Part shown: positions 47,703 through 56,920 of the stretch, piece after piece
Layout of the letters: the number at the start of each line of letters is the position of its first letter
How positions within the stretch are numbered: the stretch's first letter is position 1
Source: Flavobacteriales bacterium
Lineage (GTDB): Bacteria; Bacteroidota; Bacteroidia; Flavobacteriales; JASBRU01
Assembly (NCBI GenBank): GCA_030149285.1
Contig: JASBRU010000003.1
Coordinates: 1 to 64,000 of the forward strand
Length of the DNA stretch: 64,000 nt
Direction: 5' to 3'
Translations under genes and position numbers: made by a program
Notes under the pieces: generated by a model
The model's input: the letters and a program-made list of their open reading frames with translations, nothing else
Told to the model about the DNA's origin: nothing
Database searches by the model: none

Positions 47703-49298
47703 ATGAAAAAATTAGCACTGCTTTTATTGGCCGCACTATCATTTACTAGTGCATATGCTCAATTAACTAGATATAATGTAACTTTAATAGACTCCTTAAC
47801 ATATTCAACCGGATTAAATGACGTATGGGGATATGCTGATACAAGCGGAAATGAATTTGCATTGGTTGGTACGCAAATTGGCTTTTCTATAGTTGATGTA
47901 ACAGACCCTGCAAATATTTTTGAAAGAGCTAATATACCAGGTCCTTTTACTATTTGGAGAGATATAAAAACATGGAATAACCATGCCTATGTGGTGCATG
48001 ATGGAGTTGGTTCTGGCTCTCAATCTTTAATGATTGTAGATTTGAATAACATCAGTAATGTAACCTTATCAGACCCTAATTTTAATAATGATGCGGTTAC
48101 CATCTATACTTTAGGAGACTCTTTAACTAATGCTCACAACATTTTTATTGATGAAAACGGAGTAGCATATTTATTTGGTCACAATTTAGGTAATAGAGGG
48201 GCTATAATGCTAGACTTAACGCAAAATCCAAAAGCACCGGTATACTTAGGTACTTTTGATACTTTTTATTTGCATGATGGTATGGCTAGAGGCGATACTT
48301 TATGGGGAGCTGCTGTATACAACGGTTTTTTTGCAGCTATAGATGTTTCTAATAAAGCAAACCCGGTTGTAATGGCTACTAAGGCAACTCCAAACTTCTT
48401 TACACATAACTGTTGGATATCGGACAATGGACAAACATTATTTACTACTGATGAAAAAGCAGATGCGTTTGTAGCTTCTTATGACGTATCTGATTTATCT
48501 AATATTTCTGAATTAGATAGAATTCAAGCTAGTACAGACACAAATGCACTACCGCATAATGCTCATGTTTTGGGAGACTTTGTTGTGAGTTCATATTATT
48601 CAGAAGGCTTGCAAATAGTTGATGCAACTAGGCCTCATAATATGATTGAGGTAGCACAGTTTCAAACACAAGATGCATGGGGGGCGTATCCATATTTACC
48701 ATCTGGAAATATATTGGTTACAGATATACCAGGTACACTATATGTATTGTCATCAACATACCCAAAGGCATGTTATTTAGAAGGGAATGTTATAGACTCT
48801 ATTACTAATAATGTGATATCTAACGCTACTATAGAATTATTAACCACCTCTAATACTGCGCAAAGTAATGCGTTAGGTGACTATGCAACGGCATTACTTA
48901 CAGGAGGTACTTATACAGTTGTAGTAACAAAAGCAGGTTATCAGCCTGATACATCTAGCGTGGTTTTAAATAATGGAGTGTTAACAATACTAAATGTAAA
49001 GTTGGCTGCAGAAGGTGTTTCTGTTAATGAGTTTGAAGAGTTAGCAGTATCTACAACAATATACCCAAACCCATCATCAACATCATTTACTATTGATTAT
49101 GAGTTTAATAATCATGTAAACAACAATACAAGTGTAATAGTTACTGATATTACTGGTAGAAAGGTTTTTGAGACAAGTATTTTTAACTCAAAAGGAAAAA
49201 TAAACTTCGGAGAGGGTTTTACCAATGGGGTATATCTTCTAAGAATTGCTGATGGTACTAAAACATCTACCCCAATAAAAATTATAAAGGCAAACTAA
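47703..49298 (+). CDS. T9SS-secreted protein: beta-propeller-like N-terminal region, CarboxypepD_reg-like domain, Por C-terminal sorting domain
   Basis: Signal peptide MKKLALLLLAALSFTSAYAQ. CarboxypepD_reg-like LEGNVIDSITNNVISNATIELL...GTYTVVVTKAGYQP. C-terminal TIYPNPSSTSFTID...GVYLLRIADGTKTSTPIKIIK (T9SS CTD). Confidence 0.7.
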   Translation: MKKLALLLLAALSFTSAYAQLTRYNVTLIDSLTYSTGLNDVWGYADTSGNEFALVGTQIGFSIVDVTDPANIFERANIPGPFTIWRDIKTWNNHAYVVHDGVGSGSQSLMIVDLNNISNVTLSDPNFNNDAVTIYTLGDSLTNAHNIFIDENGVAYLFGHNLGNRGAIMLDLTQNPKAPVYLGTFDTFYLHDGMARGDTLWGAAVYNGFFAAIDVSNKANPVVMATKATPNFFTHNCWISDNGQTLFTTDEKADAFVASYDVSDLSNISELDRIQASTDTNALPHNAHVLGDFVVSSYYSEGLQIVDATRPHNMIEVAQFQTQDAWGAYPYLPSGNILVTDIPGTLYVLSSTYPKACYLEGNVIDSITNNVISNATIELLTTSNTAQSNALGDYATALLTGGTYTVVVTKAGYQPDTSSVVLNNGVLTILNVKLAAEGVSVNEFEELAVSTTIYPNPSSTSFTIDYEFNNHVNNNTSVIVTDITGRKVFETSIFNSKGKINFGEGFTNGVYLLRIADGTKTSTPIKIIKAN

Positions 49299-49301
49299 TT
49301 G

Positions 49302-49805
49302 CTATGTTGCATTCAGTATTAACATTGTAGTTAGTGCTATGCTTGCTAATAAAGCCATAATAAATAAAAGTCGGTACTGCATACCGGCTTTTTTCTTTTC
49401 TAGTTCATGCTTTAATTGCATTAACTCTGTAAGATTGGTAATACTATGGTTTAACTTATCTATAGCATTTCTATCCTTTACTATATAATCATAAGCACCG
49501 GCTTTAAGTGCTTCTACAGCAGACTCTACATCATCTAAGCTAGTAAGTAATACAATGTTTGGGTTTATATTACTTTCTTTTATTTCAGCCATAATTTGCA
49601 TGGCATTCATAGCTTTACGCACACTGCTGTCTAAATAGTAATCTAATATCAGTATATCCGGAGTAGTATTTTTAAGTGCTTCAAGCATTAATTCTCCAGT
49701 GCTAAAATGCTCAAGTTTATACAACGGGTTTGAACTTAATGTTTGCTTTAAAAGTTCAGCATAAACTTCATTATCTTCTACAATAAAAATAGATATCTGT
49801 TTCAT
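49302..49805 (-). CDS. Response-regulator receiver domain with C-terminal membrane anchor
   Basis: Likely start MKQISIFIVEDNEVYAELL (the ORF-track start 14 codons upstream overlaps the neighbouring gene). DILILDYYLD phospho-acceptor region, T/K positions. The last ~25 residues, LLFIMALLASIALTTMLILNAT, are hydrophobic. Confidence 0.65.
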   Translation of the reverse strand: MKQISIFIVEDNEVYAELLKQTLSSNPLYKLEHFSTGELMLEALKNTTPDILILDYYLDSSVRKAMNAMQIMAEIKESNINPNIVLLTSLDDVESAVEALKAGAYDYIVKDRNAIDKLNHSITNLTELMQLKHELEKKKAGMQYRLLFIMALLASIALTTMLILNAT

Positions 49806-49809
49806 GATA

Positions 49810-50430
49810 TTAGCTTTTAATTCTTTCCCAAGACTTGGTTTCGGCATTATACTGTTTTAAAATTCTAGCTGGGTTTCCACCTACAATAGAGTAGGGAGGC
49901 ACATCTTTGGTTACTATACTACCGCCAGCAATTACGCAATGTTTACCAATAGTTACACCGGCAGTAATTACTGAATTTGCACCAATCCAACAATCATCTT
50001 CAACAGTTATTGTAGCTGTAGATACTGGCTGATCTCTTGGAGGAGTATTGATGTCTTCATACCCATGGTTTAAGCCGGACATCACTACATTCTGAGCAAT
50101 ATTAATGTTGTTACCAAGTACAACAGGTCCTATAATAGTGTTTGACATGCCTACACGTGTTCTATTGCCAATAGTTACGTCTCCAACACCGTTGTTGATG
50201 GTGCTAAAGCTTTCAATTGTGGAGTTATCGCCCATTGAAAAATTATTAAAAGGAAAAACATCCATGCGTGTGCGCCACCTTACTACGGCACCTTTACCTT
50301 TTTTATGCTTAATAGGATTTAAAAACATACGCACCCATAACCGTGGTTTTGGATTGTATTTTGGCATAATCATCCAAAGTGCAAATGACTTAAGTTTAGG
50401 GTTGTCCTTTATTTTTGAAACTATTCCCAT
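49810..50430 (-). CDS. Hexapeptide-repeat (LbH) sugar O-acetyltransferase
   Basis: Repeated [LIV]-G-x-x-x-x hexapeptides (IGNRTRVGMSNTIIGPVVLGNNINIAQNVVMSG...IGANSVITAGVTIGKHCVIAGGSIV). Start set at the internal MGIV (CAT at 50428-50430), which abuts the stop of the upstream GT4 gene. Confidence 0.8.
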   Translation of the reverse strand: MGIVSKIKDNPKLKSFALWMIMPKYNPKPRLWVRMFLNPIKHKKGKGAVVRWRTRMDVFPFNNFSMGDNSTIESFSTINNGVGDVTIGNRTRVGMSNTIIGPVVLGNNINIAQNVVMSGLNHGYEDINTPPRDQPVSTATITVEDDCWIGANSVITAGVTIGKHCVIAGGSIVTKDVPPYSIVGGNPARILKQYNAETKSWERIKS

Positions 50431-50431
50431 T

Positions 50432-51646
50432 TTAATTTCTTTCTTTATAAACCTCGTTAATAGCGTTATATATGTCTTGCACGCTGTTTTCCCAAGTGTG
50501 TGACTGTGCAAAGGTTTTACGTTTCAATTTTACGCTATCAGAGTTGTTTTCTATAGCTTTTTCGATGAATGGTATATATTCCTCTTTGTTCTGCGCCAAA
50601 AGAACATATTCTTCAAAAATTTCCATCGCTTTTGTTCTTGTGGCAACAATAGCCTTACCCATAGCAAGGTATTCATCTATTTTTCTTGGGTAGTTACCTA
50701 TGGTAATAGGATTAAGAATTTGTGGATTAATTGCTACATCAAATTCTTTTAAGTAAGCTGGTAGCTCAGAAATATCTTTGCTACCTAAAAAGTATACATT
50801 CTCCATCTGATGTAGTTTACTTTGTTTAAAGTTTTCATCTTCAGGCCCAACTAATACAATACTCCATTCTGGTTTTTGCGCAGCTATATACTCTAATAGC
50901 TCTATATCAAGTCGCATTTTGTATAAAACACCAATGTATCCAATTATAGGTTTTTTAATGTTTTTTATATCATTAGGAGCTTCTTTTACTAAGCTTTCGT
51001 CAAACAGGCTTACATCGCAACCTTGCCCTACATAATAAGAGTGTTTATTGTATTTCTTACCATACTCGGTGTAGTAGGTAGAGTTTGCAACCATTAAATC
51101 AGATTTTGCTATAAGTTTTGGTTCTAACTTTAAGCCATGTCTTTTCCAATAGTCCACTTCAATTAAGTTGTCTCTAGAGTAGTAGATATAAAGGTCTGGT
51201 TTTAGTAGTTCATCTAAATGATAGCTTCTAAACATATCACTGTCATTAAACAAGAGGTAATTGGTAAAGCCTAATTCATTTATAGCTTTATTGATTTCTT
51301 TCGCAAAGCGCTTGTTGTTTATTTTGTTCAGTATTTTAAATATGCTAGTAGATTTTAACCAGTTTATAGACTCTAAAACTGTTTTAGGGTTCAATACCCA
51401 TACATTTTCTTGCACTGTATTAAGTGGTTTTTCTTTTCCCTTAAGTACTTTTTTACGTGACTTTACTATAGTCTCAGGTTTTCCTTTTGCCAGTGTAATA
51501 CGATCCAAAGGAGAGTTCACGTAAAGTACTCTATTGTGTTTAGCAAACTCTATAGCAATGTTTTTACAGTTACTGCCAATATCTAAGTCCCAAGCCTGAA
51601 GCCCAACTACAATTATATCTCTTCCGCTTATTAGAGTTTTATTCAT
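50432..51646 (-). CDS. GT-B glycosyltransferase (family 4 / group 1-like)
   Basis: C-terminal half IGYIGVLYKMRLD...VYFLGSKDISELPAYLKEFDVAINP...EYLAMGKAIVATR matches the group-1 glycosyltransferase donor-binding domain. 404 aa. Confidence 0.8.
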   Translation of the reverse strand: MNKTLISGRDIIVVGLQAWDLDIGSNCKNIAIEFAKHNRVLYVNSPLDRITLAKGKPETIVKSRKKVLKGKEKPLNTVQENVWVLNPKTVLESINWLKSTSIFKILNKINNKRFAKEINKAINELGFTNYLLFNDSDMFRSYHLDELLKPDLYIYYSRDNLIEVDYWKRHGLKLEPKLIAKSDLMVANSTYYTEYGKKYNKHSYYVGQGCDVSLFDESLVKEAPNDIKNIKKPIIGYIGVLYKMRLDIELLEYIAAQKPEWSIVLVGPEDENFKQSKLHQMENVYFLGSKDISELPAYLKEFDVAINPQILNPITIGNYPRKIDEYLAMGKAIVATRTKAMEIFEEYVLLAQNKEEYIPFIEKAIENNSDSVKLKRKTFAQSHTWENSVQDIYNAINEVYKERN

Positions 51647-51752
51647 ATGATTTAATCATTTGCTTTAAAATAAGCTATATTGTTTTACTTTTGATTGAAT
51701 CAAATATAAGGATATCCAATAGCCAATTAACCATATAATTGGCCTTTTTATA

Positions 51753-53075
51753 ATGATAGGTAAGGTAAAACAACTTTTAAAAACCAATAATTTCCTCTCA
51801 CTTGCGGGTAATGCCTCTGCATCTTTACTAGGGGTAATTAGCTTTGCTGTTATAGCGCGCTCTTTAGATAAAGCAGGTGCGGGTAGTTGGTTTTTATTTT
51901 TAATGGTATTTACCTTTTTTGATATGTTGCGTTCAGGCTTGCTTTTAAACGGTCTTATAAGAGCAGTTGCAGGTAGCAAAACAAAGGAAGAAGAAAACGA
52001 AGCTATAGGCTCCGGATGGCAAATAGTACTTATAGTTACATTATTGTCTGCTACACTTATTACAGCAATCTATTATATTTTCCAATCTTCATTTACTGCA
52101 CAAGACTATCAATTATTAGGAGAGTGGTTTTGGCTGGCAGCATTGGTTTCTTTGCCCGGTGTTTTTGCTACATGGGTTTTAAATGCAAAATCTGAGTTTA
52201 AAAAACTATTGTGGATACGTATTGCTATGCAAGTGGTTTTTGTGGGGATATTGTTTTTCAATGCATTCACATACAAAAGCCTTAACCTTGTTTTTTGGGC
52301 ATTTATTATAGGGCATGGAGTTAGTGGGATATGGGTTTTGCTTGCTGGTTGGACTAGGTTAGATACTTTTTTTGCAGGAACAAAGTCTCAAAGAAAGTCT
52401 TTATTTGCATTTGGGAAATATAGTATGGGAACATTAATTGGCTCTAATTTACTACGTAGTTCAGATACATTTATTATCAGAATTATGATGGGACCGGAAG
52501 CAGTTGCTATTTACAATATCCCTCAAAAGTTGATTGAAATAATGGAAATGCCTATAAGAAGCTTTTTGGCAACAGCATTACCTGTAATGGCAAAGCTATT
52601 TGGGCATGGCGAAAAACAAGAGTTGAGCAATACATTTGAGAAAAATGCCGGTTTCTTAACTTTTATTATCATCCCTTTATCTGCTGTGGTATTTATTTTT
52701 GCAAAACCATTAGTTGTGTTGTTAGGTGGTGAAGGGTATGAAGAATCTGCAATTATATTAAGAATGTTTGCTGTTTATACTGCATTTTTACCGTTAGATA
52801 GATATAGTGGTGTTGCTTTGGATATTGTAAACAAACCTGCCCTGAACATGATAAAGGTAGTTTTGATGTTAGCTATAAATGTGATTGGTGATATTATTGC
52901 CATTAAATGGACTAATAGTGTGTCTGCTGTAGCCTTTGTGTCAATACTTACATTTGGTTCGGGTATAGTGTTTGGTTATGCATTTCTTAAAAAGCATTTA
53001 GAGTATTCTTTTAAGGCTATTTTTTCTAAAGGCTGGAAAGAATTACTTCGCTTAAAAGCAAAGTACATTAATTAG
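51753..53075 (+). CDS. Polysaccharide flippase (Wzx-like, MOP superfamily)
   Basis: ~12 TM helices over 440 aa with the loop pattern and charged residues of oligosaccharide flippases. Located in the polysaccharide locus. Confidence 0.75.
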   Translation: MIGKVKQLLKTNNFLSLAGNASASLLGVISFAVIARSLDKAGAGSWFLFLMVFTFFDMLRSGLLLNGLIRAVAGSKTKEEENEAIGSGWQIVLIVTLLSATLITAIYYIFQSSFTAQDYQLLGEWFWLAALVSLPGVFATWVLNAKSEFKKLLWIRIAMQVVFVGILFFNAFTYKSLNLVFWAFIIGHGVSGIWVLLAGWTRLDTFFAGTKSQRKSLFAFGKYSMGTLIGSNLLRSSDTFIIRIMMGPEAVAIYNIPQKLIEIMEMPIRSFLATALPVMAKLFGHGEKQELSNTFEKNAGFLTFIIIPLSAVVFIFAKPLVVLLGGEGYEESAIILRMFAVYTAFLPLDRYSGVALDIVNKPALNMIKVVLMLAINVIGDIIAIKWTNSVSAVAFVSILTFGSGIVFGYAFLKKHLEYSFKAIFSKGWKELLRLKAKYIN

Positions 53076-54672
53076 AAGCTTTTAAAAGCTTTGCTCTGTA
53101 AGTTTTGCTATTGCTTCGTACCTCTATATAATAGAAGCCATTTTTTAAATCAGAAAGATAGATGGTGTCCGATTCTTCAATGGCAGTAGAAGAACTACTA
53201 TGCACTTCTTGCCCTAAATGGTTTATTAATTTAACAGTGTATGTATTTCCTTTAAAATCATTTGTATTAATAATTACATAATCTTTAAAAGGATTAGGGT
53301 AAACTTTAATAAAGTTTAAATCAGTTTCTTCTAAAGATACTCCGGACGCATCTCTATGATACGCTCCAATATCAGTTTGATTGTTAGTTTTATAAAGTAA
53401 TCTAATATCTGTGGCTCTGCTTTCATCCCAATGTCCGGCATTAATACCTAAGGACGTTGCTTTTAATAAGTAGTAAGGTTCATTTGGGTTGCTAATCTTA
53501 TTAAAATCAATTAACCCGCTTAAAGAGTGCTGAGCATATGTTGTAATACCAGACTTTACATCAGATAAATCAGTATAAGAAGTACTCACACCATTAAACT
53601 CTAAACGCAGTAAATCTCTATTAGGGTTTGGCTTGTATAGGTTGTAATCTAAATTAAACTCAGATGAGCTCGCATTTATAATATCAGACCTTAAATCTAA
53701 TATAGGTGTCCCAATATTTTCTACATAAAATATATTATTAAATAAACTTATGTTTTCATTTTCTTTCCATGCAAATATTACGCTGTGTTGGTTTTTAGAA
53801 TCAAATGTGTTGTTGTATATCTCTACATCCTTTACACATTCCATAAAAATACTTGGCTCAGAGTTGTTGTAAAATAAATTGTCAAAAATCTTTATAGAAT
53901 CATTTGATAATGAGCTACCTGTTATTGGGGCAATAAATATACCAGCACCACCAGAGTTGTTTAAAATATTTCTTTCAATATCAATATCATTAACCTTAAT
54001 AATACTTAGCAACTCTTTATCTAGTGTACCAAATATGGTATTTTCAATAAACTCAAAACCATCACCATTAACTACTCTTAATCCCATTCCGCCTGCAACA
54101 GAAGCTGTCATATCAAATGCACAGTTTTTAACCATAACGTTGTTAAAATCATCAATTCTTATGGCGCCAAAACCTATGCCGCTGAACTGGCAATTGTATA
54201 TAGTTACATTACTAGAGTTAACAGTAATTCTTATTCCTGTTCTTGCATCATGTATATAACAGTTTTTTAGCTGTATGTTATTGCTGTTATTTGTTACTCT
54301 AAATAGGGTAGAGCTTAAATCAGTTTTAGAGGCATTTAAAAACTCAATACCGTCAATTGTTACATTGTTTGTGTTATCAATTATCAAAGCTAAAGTACCG
54401 TTTTCGGCATCTATTTTTGGCCTTAATCCGTTCTTAGATGTGATTATTAACTTATGTTGCCCAGTTACAATATCTTCAATATATATAGGGCCTATGTAGG
54501 TATTTGTACCCTGAAACTGTAGTATTTCATTTTGTGTTAATGTATCTGGTAACGCATCAATAGCAGTTTGTAATGAAGTATAGTTTACACCAGTTGATTG
54601 CCTCAAAATCTGCGATTTTGTAGTAGAAACAATTGAGGTACAAAGTATTAATGTGAAAAGTATTTTACGCAC
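53068..54672 (-). CDS. T9SS-secreted right-handed parallel beta-helix (pectin-lyase-fold) protein
   Basis: Signal peptide. Repeated N-x-T/V-I-x-N-C/N rungs (NVTIDGIEFLNA, NIQLKNCYIHDA, NVTIYNCQFSG, NVMVKNCAFD). C-terminal VYPNPFKDYVIINTND...GFYYIEVRSNSKTYRAKLLK (T9SS CTD). Confidence 0.7.
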   Translation of the reverse strand: MRKILFTLILCTSIVSTTKSQILRQSTGVNYTSLQTAIDALPDTLTQNEILQFQGTNTYIGPIYIEDIVTGQHKLIITSKNGLRPKIDAENGTLALIIDNTNNVTIDGIEFLNASKTDLSSTLFRVTNNSNNIQLKNCYIHDARTGIRITVNSSNVTIYNCQFSGIGFGAIRIDDFNNVMVKNCAFDMTASVAGGMGLRVVNGDGFEFIENTIFGTLDKELLSIIKVNDIDIERNILNNSGGAGIFIAPITGSSLSNDSIKIFDNLFYNNSEPSIFMECVKDVEIYNNTFDSKNQHSVIFAWKENENISLFNNIFYVENIGTPILDLRSDIINASSSEFNLDYNLYKPNPNRDLLRLEFNGVSTSYTDLSDVKSGITTYAQHSLSGLIDFNKISNPNEPYYLLKATSLGINAGHWDESRATDIRLLYKTNNQTDIGAYHRDASGVSLEETDLNFIKVYPNPFKDYVIINTNDFKGNTYTVKLINHLGQEVHSSSSTAIEESDTIYLSDLKNGFYYIEVRSNSKTYRAKLLKASN

Positions 54673-54814
54673 GCTATATTTTGATTTTCAAACACTTATG
54701 CAAATTTACGGAATTTAATGATAAGTAGATTTTTTTGAGAAGAAAATATTATTTTGGTAATAATTCCAATTTTAGGAAAAAGTGCTATATTTGTGACACC
54801 CAAAATGAAACCCA

Positions 54815-56161
54815 ATGAATGGAATTAAAATTTTTGTTGTAGAAGATGATAGTTTTTATGGAAAGTCACTCCATCATCACTTGTCGTTAAACCCTGAACA
54901 TGAAGTAGAAACTTTTACCACTGGTAAAGATGTTTTGGATAACTTATACAGAAAACCATCAATTATTACGCTCGATTATTCATTACCCGATATTTCAGGA
55001 AAAGAAGTACTTTCTAAGATAAAAGAATTTGATCAGGATATTCCGGTCATTATTATTTCAGGACAAGAAGATGTATCTACAGCAGTAGACTTATTAAAAC
55101 ATGGTGCTTATGAATACATTGTAAAGGATAATGATACTAAAGATAGGCTTTGGAATACGATAGTTAATATCAAAGAAAAGATTCAGCTAAAGAATGAGCT
55201 GTCTATATTAAGAGATGAAGTAAATACTAAGTATGAGTTTTCTAATATAAAAGGGAACAGTCAAATACTTAAAAAAATATTTGGACTAATAGATAAGGCT
55301 GCTAACACTAATATAACAGTATCAATTACAGGAGAAACAGGGACAGGTAAGGAGTTAGTGGCAAAAGCGATTCATTATAATTCAGCCAGAAAAAAGAAGC
55401 CATTAATTACTGTAAATGTAGCTGCTATACCAAAAGAACTTATAGAGAGTGAATTATTTGGTCATGAAAAAGGAGCTTTTACTGGTGCGGTAGCTAAAAG
55501 GATAGGTAAATTTGAAGAAGCCAATGGAGGCACTATTTTGTTAGACGAAATTGGAGAAATGGACCTTCATATGCAAACTAAGTTACTTAGAGTGCTGCAA
55601 GAGAAAGAGATAAGTAGAATTGGTGGGAATGAAGTAATAAAAATTAATGTAAGGGTTATTGTAGCTACACATAAAAAATTGGCAGAGGAAGTAAAAAAAG
55701 GTAACTTCCGTGAAGATTTGTATTATAGACTGCTAGGCTTGCCAATAGAGTTACCTCCTTTAAGAGATAGGGGAAATGATATATTGGTTTTAGCAAAGTA
55801 TTTTGCAGATGAGTTTGCAAAGGAAAATGGTATGAAAGATGTGTCTTTTACGGCCGAAGCACAGGATAAGTTGCTTAATTATTCTTACCCTGGTAATGTT
55901 AGAGAATTAAAGGCAATAGTAGAACTGGCAATTGTTATGGCAGGTAATACAAAAATTGATGCAGAAGATATTGCGTTTAACTCTACAAACTCTATGACAG
56001 ATTTTTTATTTTCGGAAACGACTTTAAAAGAGTATAATCGTAAAATAATGAAACACTTTTTAGAGAAATACGATAATAACGTACTTTTAGTTGCTAAAAA
56101 ATTAGACATAGGTAAATCTACTATCTATCGAATGATAAAAAATGGAGAAATCGAAATATAA
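54815..56161 (+). CDS. Sigma-54-dependent transcriptional activator with N-terminal receiver (NtrC family)
   Basis: Receiver (IFVVEDDSFY...IITLDYSLPDISG), AAA+ sigma-54 activator motifs GETGTGKELVAKAIH, ESELFGHEKGAFTGA, GGTILLDEIGEM, C-terminal Fis-type HTH. Confidence 0.9.
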   Translation: MNGIKIFVVEDDSFYGKSLHHHLSLNPEHEVETFTTGKDVLDNLYRKPSIITLDYSLPDISGKEVLSKIKEFDQDIPVIIISGQEDVSTAVDLLKHGAYEYIVKDNDTKDRLWNTIVNIKEKIQLKNELSILRDEVNTKYEFSNIKGNSQILKKIFGLIDKAANTNITVSITGETGTGKELVAKAIHYNSARKKKPLITVNVAAIPKELIESELFGHEKGAFTGAVAKRIGKFEEANGGTILLDEIGEMDLHMQTKLLRVLQEKEISRIGGNEVIKINVRVIVATHKKLAEEVKKGNFREDLYYRLLGLPIELPPLRDRGNDILVLAKYFADEFAKENGMKDVSFTAEAQDKLLNYSYPGNVRELKAIVELAIVMAGNTKIDAEDIAFNSTNSMTDFLFSETTLKEYNRKIMKHFLEKYDNNVLLVAKKLDIGKSTIYRMIKNGEIEI

Positions 56162-56180
56162 ATTGATTAATTAATACAGA

Positions 56181-56528
56181 ATGACCGAAAAAATATACGA
56201 TTTAAACCAATTAGAACAACTATCTGGAGGTAGTGAAGAGTTTATTAAAAGTATGATTGATACTTTTATAGAACATACTCCTGAGCAAGTTGATAAACTT
56301 AAAGAGAGTTATAATAATAATGACTTGAAAAGTATGGGAGCCATAGCTCATAAAATAAAACCATCTTTAGATCTTATGGGTATAAAGGAAGTATATGATG
56401 ATATAAGAAAGATAGAGCTATATGGTAAGAATGAGGAGGATAATGAGGAACTATCAACTTTGATAGAAAAAGTATACACAGTTTGTAATACAGCTTTTCA
56501 GCAACTAAAAGCAGATTTCAATATTTAA
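56181..56528 (+). CDS. Stand-alone Hpt (histidine phosphotransfer) domain protein
   Basis: Four-helix-bundle-sized 115-aa protein with a phospho-histidine motif AHKIKPSLDLMGI (H-x-x-K-G/P-S). Confidence 0.7.
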   Translation: MTEKIYDLNQLEQLSGGSEEFIKSMIDTFIEHTPEQVDKLKESYNNNDLKSMGAIAHKIKPSLDLMGIKEVYDDIRKIELYGKNEEDNEELSTLIEKVYTVCNTAFQQLKADFNI

Positions 56529-56529
56529 A

Positions 56530-56910
56530 ATGAGCGAAATGAAAAAAGTTTTAGTTATTGATGATGAGGCTGTTATGAGAAAACTGCTTGAGCATTTTCT
56601 AAAAGACAGATATGAAGTTACTCCGATGGAAAATGGTCAGGATGCATTAGATTGGATGCATAGTGGTAATATACCGGATTTGGTAGTTGCAGATTTGAAT
56701 ATGCCTAAATTAAATGGATTTGAGTTTATAGAAAAAGTTAGGGAAAGCGGGTACTTTGATGACTTACCTCTTATTGTATTATCAGGAGAGGAAAGTAGTA
56801 CAGAAAGAATTAGATGCCTAAAATTAGGTGCAAATGACTATTTGATTAAACCCTTTAATCCAGAAGAACTTTCTTTAAGGATTGATAACTTATTAAGATT
56901 GAAAGCTTAA
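56530..56910 (+). CDS. Single-domain response-regulator receiver
   Basis: VLVIDDEAVMRKLL...LVVADLNMPKLNGFEFI...LIVLSGEES...KLGANDYLIKPF. Confidence 0.8.
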   Translation: MSEMKKVLVIDDEAVMRKLLEHFLKDRYEVTPMENGQDALDWMHSGNIPDLVVADLNMPKLNGFEFIEKVRESGYFDDLPLIVLSGEESSTERIRCLKLGANDYLIKPFNPEELSLRIDNLLRLKA

Positions 56911-56920
56911 TTTATAGTTA

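Noticed and set aside
49810-50511. Long 233-aa version of the acetyltransferase ORF and 181-aa version of the receiver ORF (49302-49847)
   Set aside because: The extended N-termini create 38-80-nt overlaps with neighbouring genes. Internal Met starts (CAT at 50428-50430 and 49803-49805) remove the overlaps and begin right at the conserved domains.
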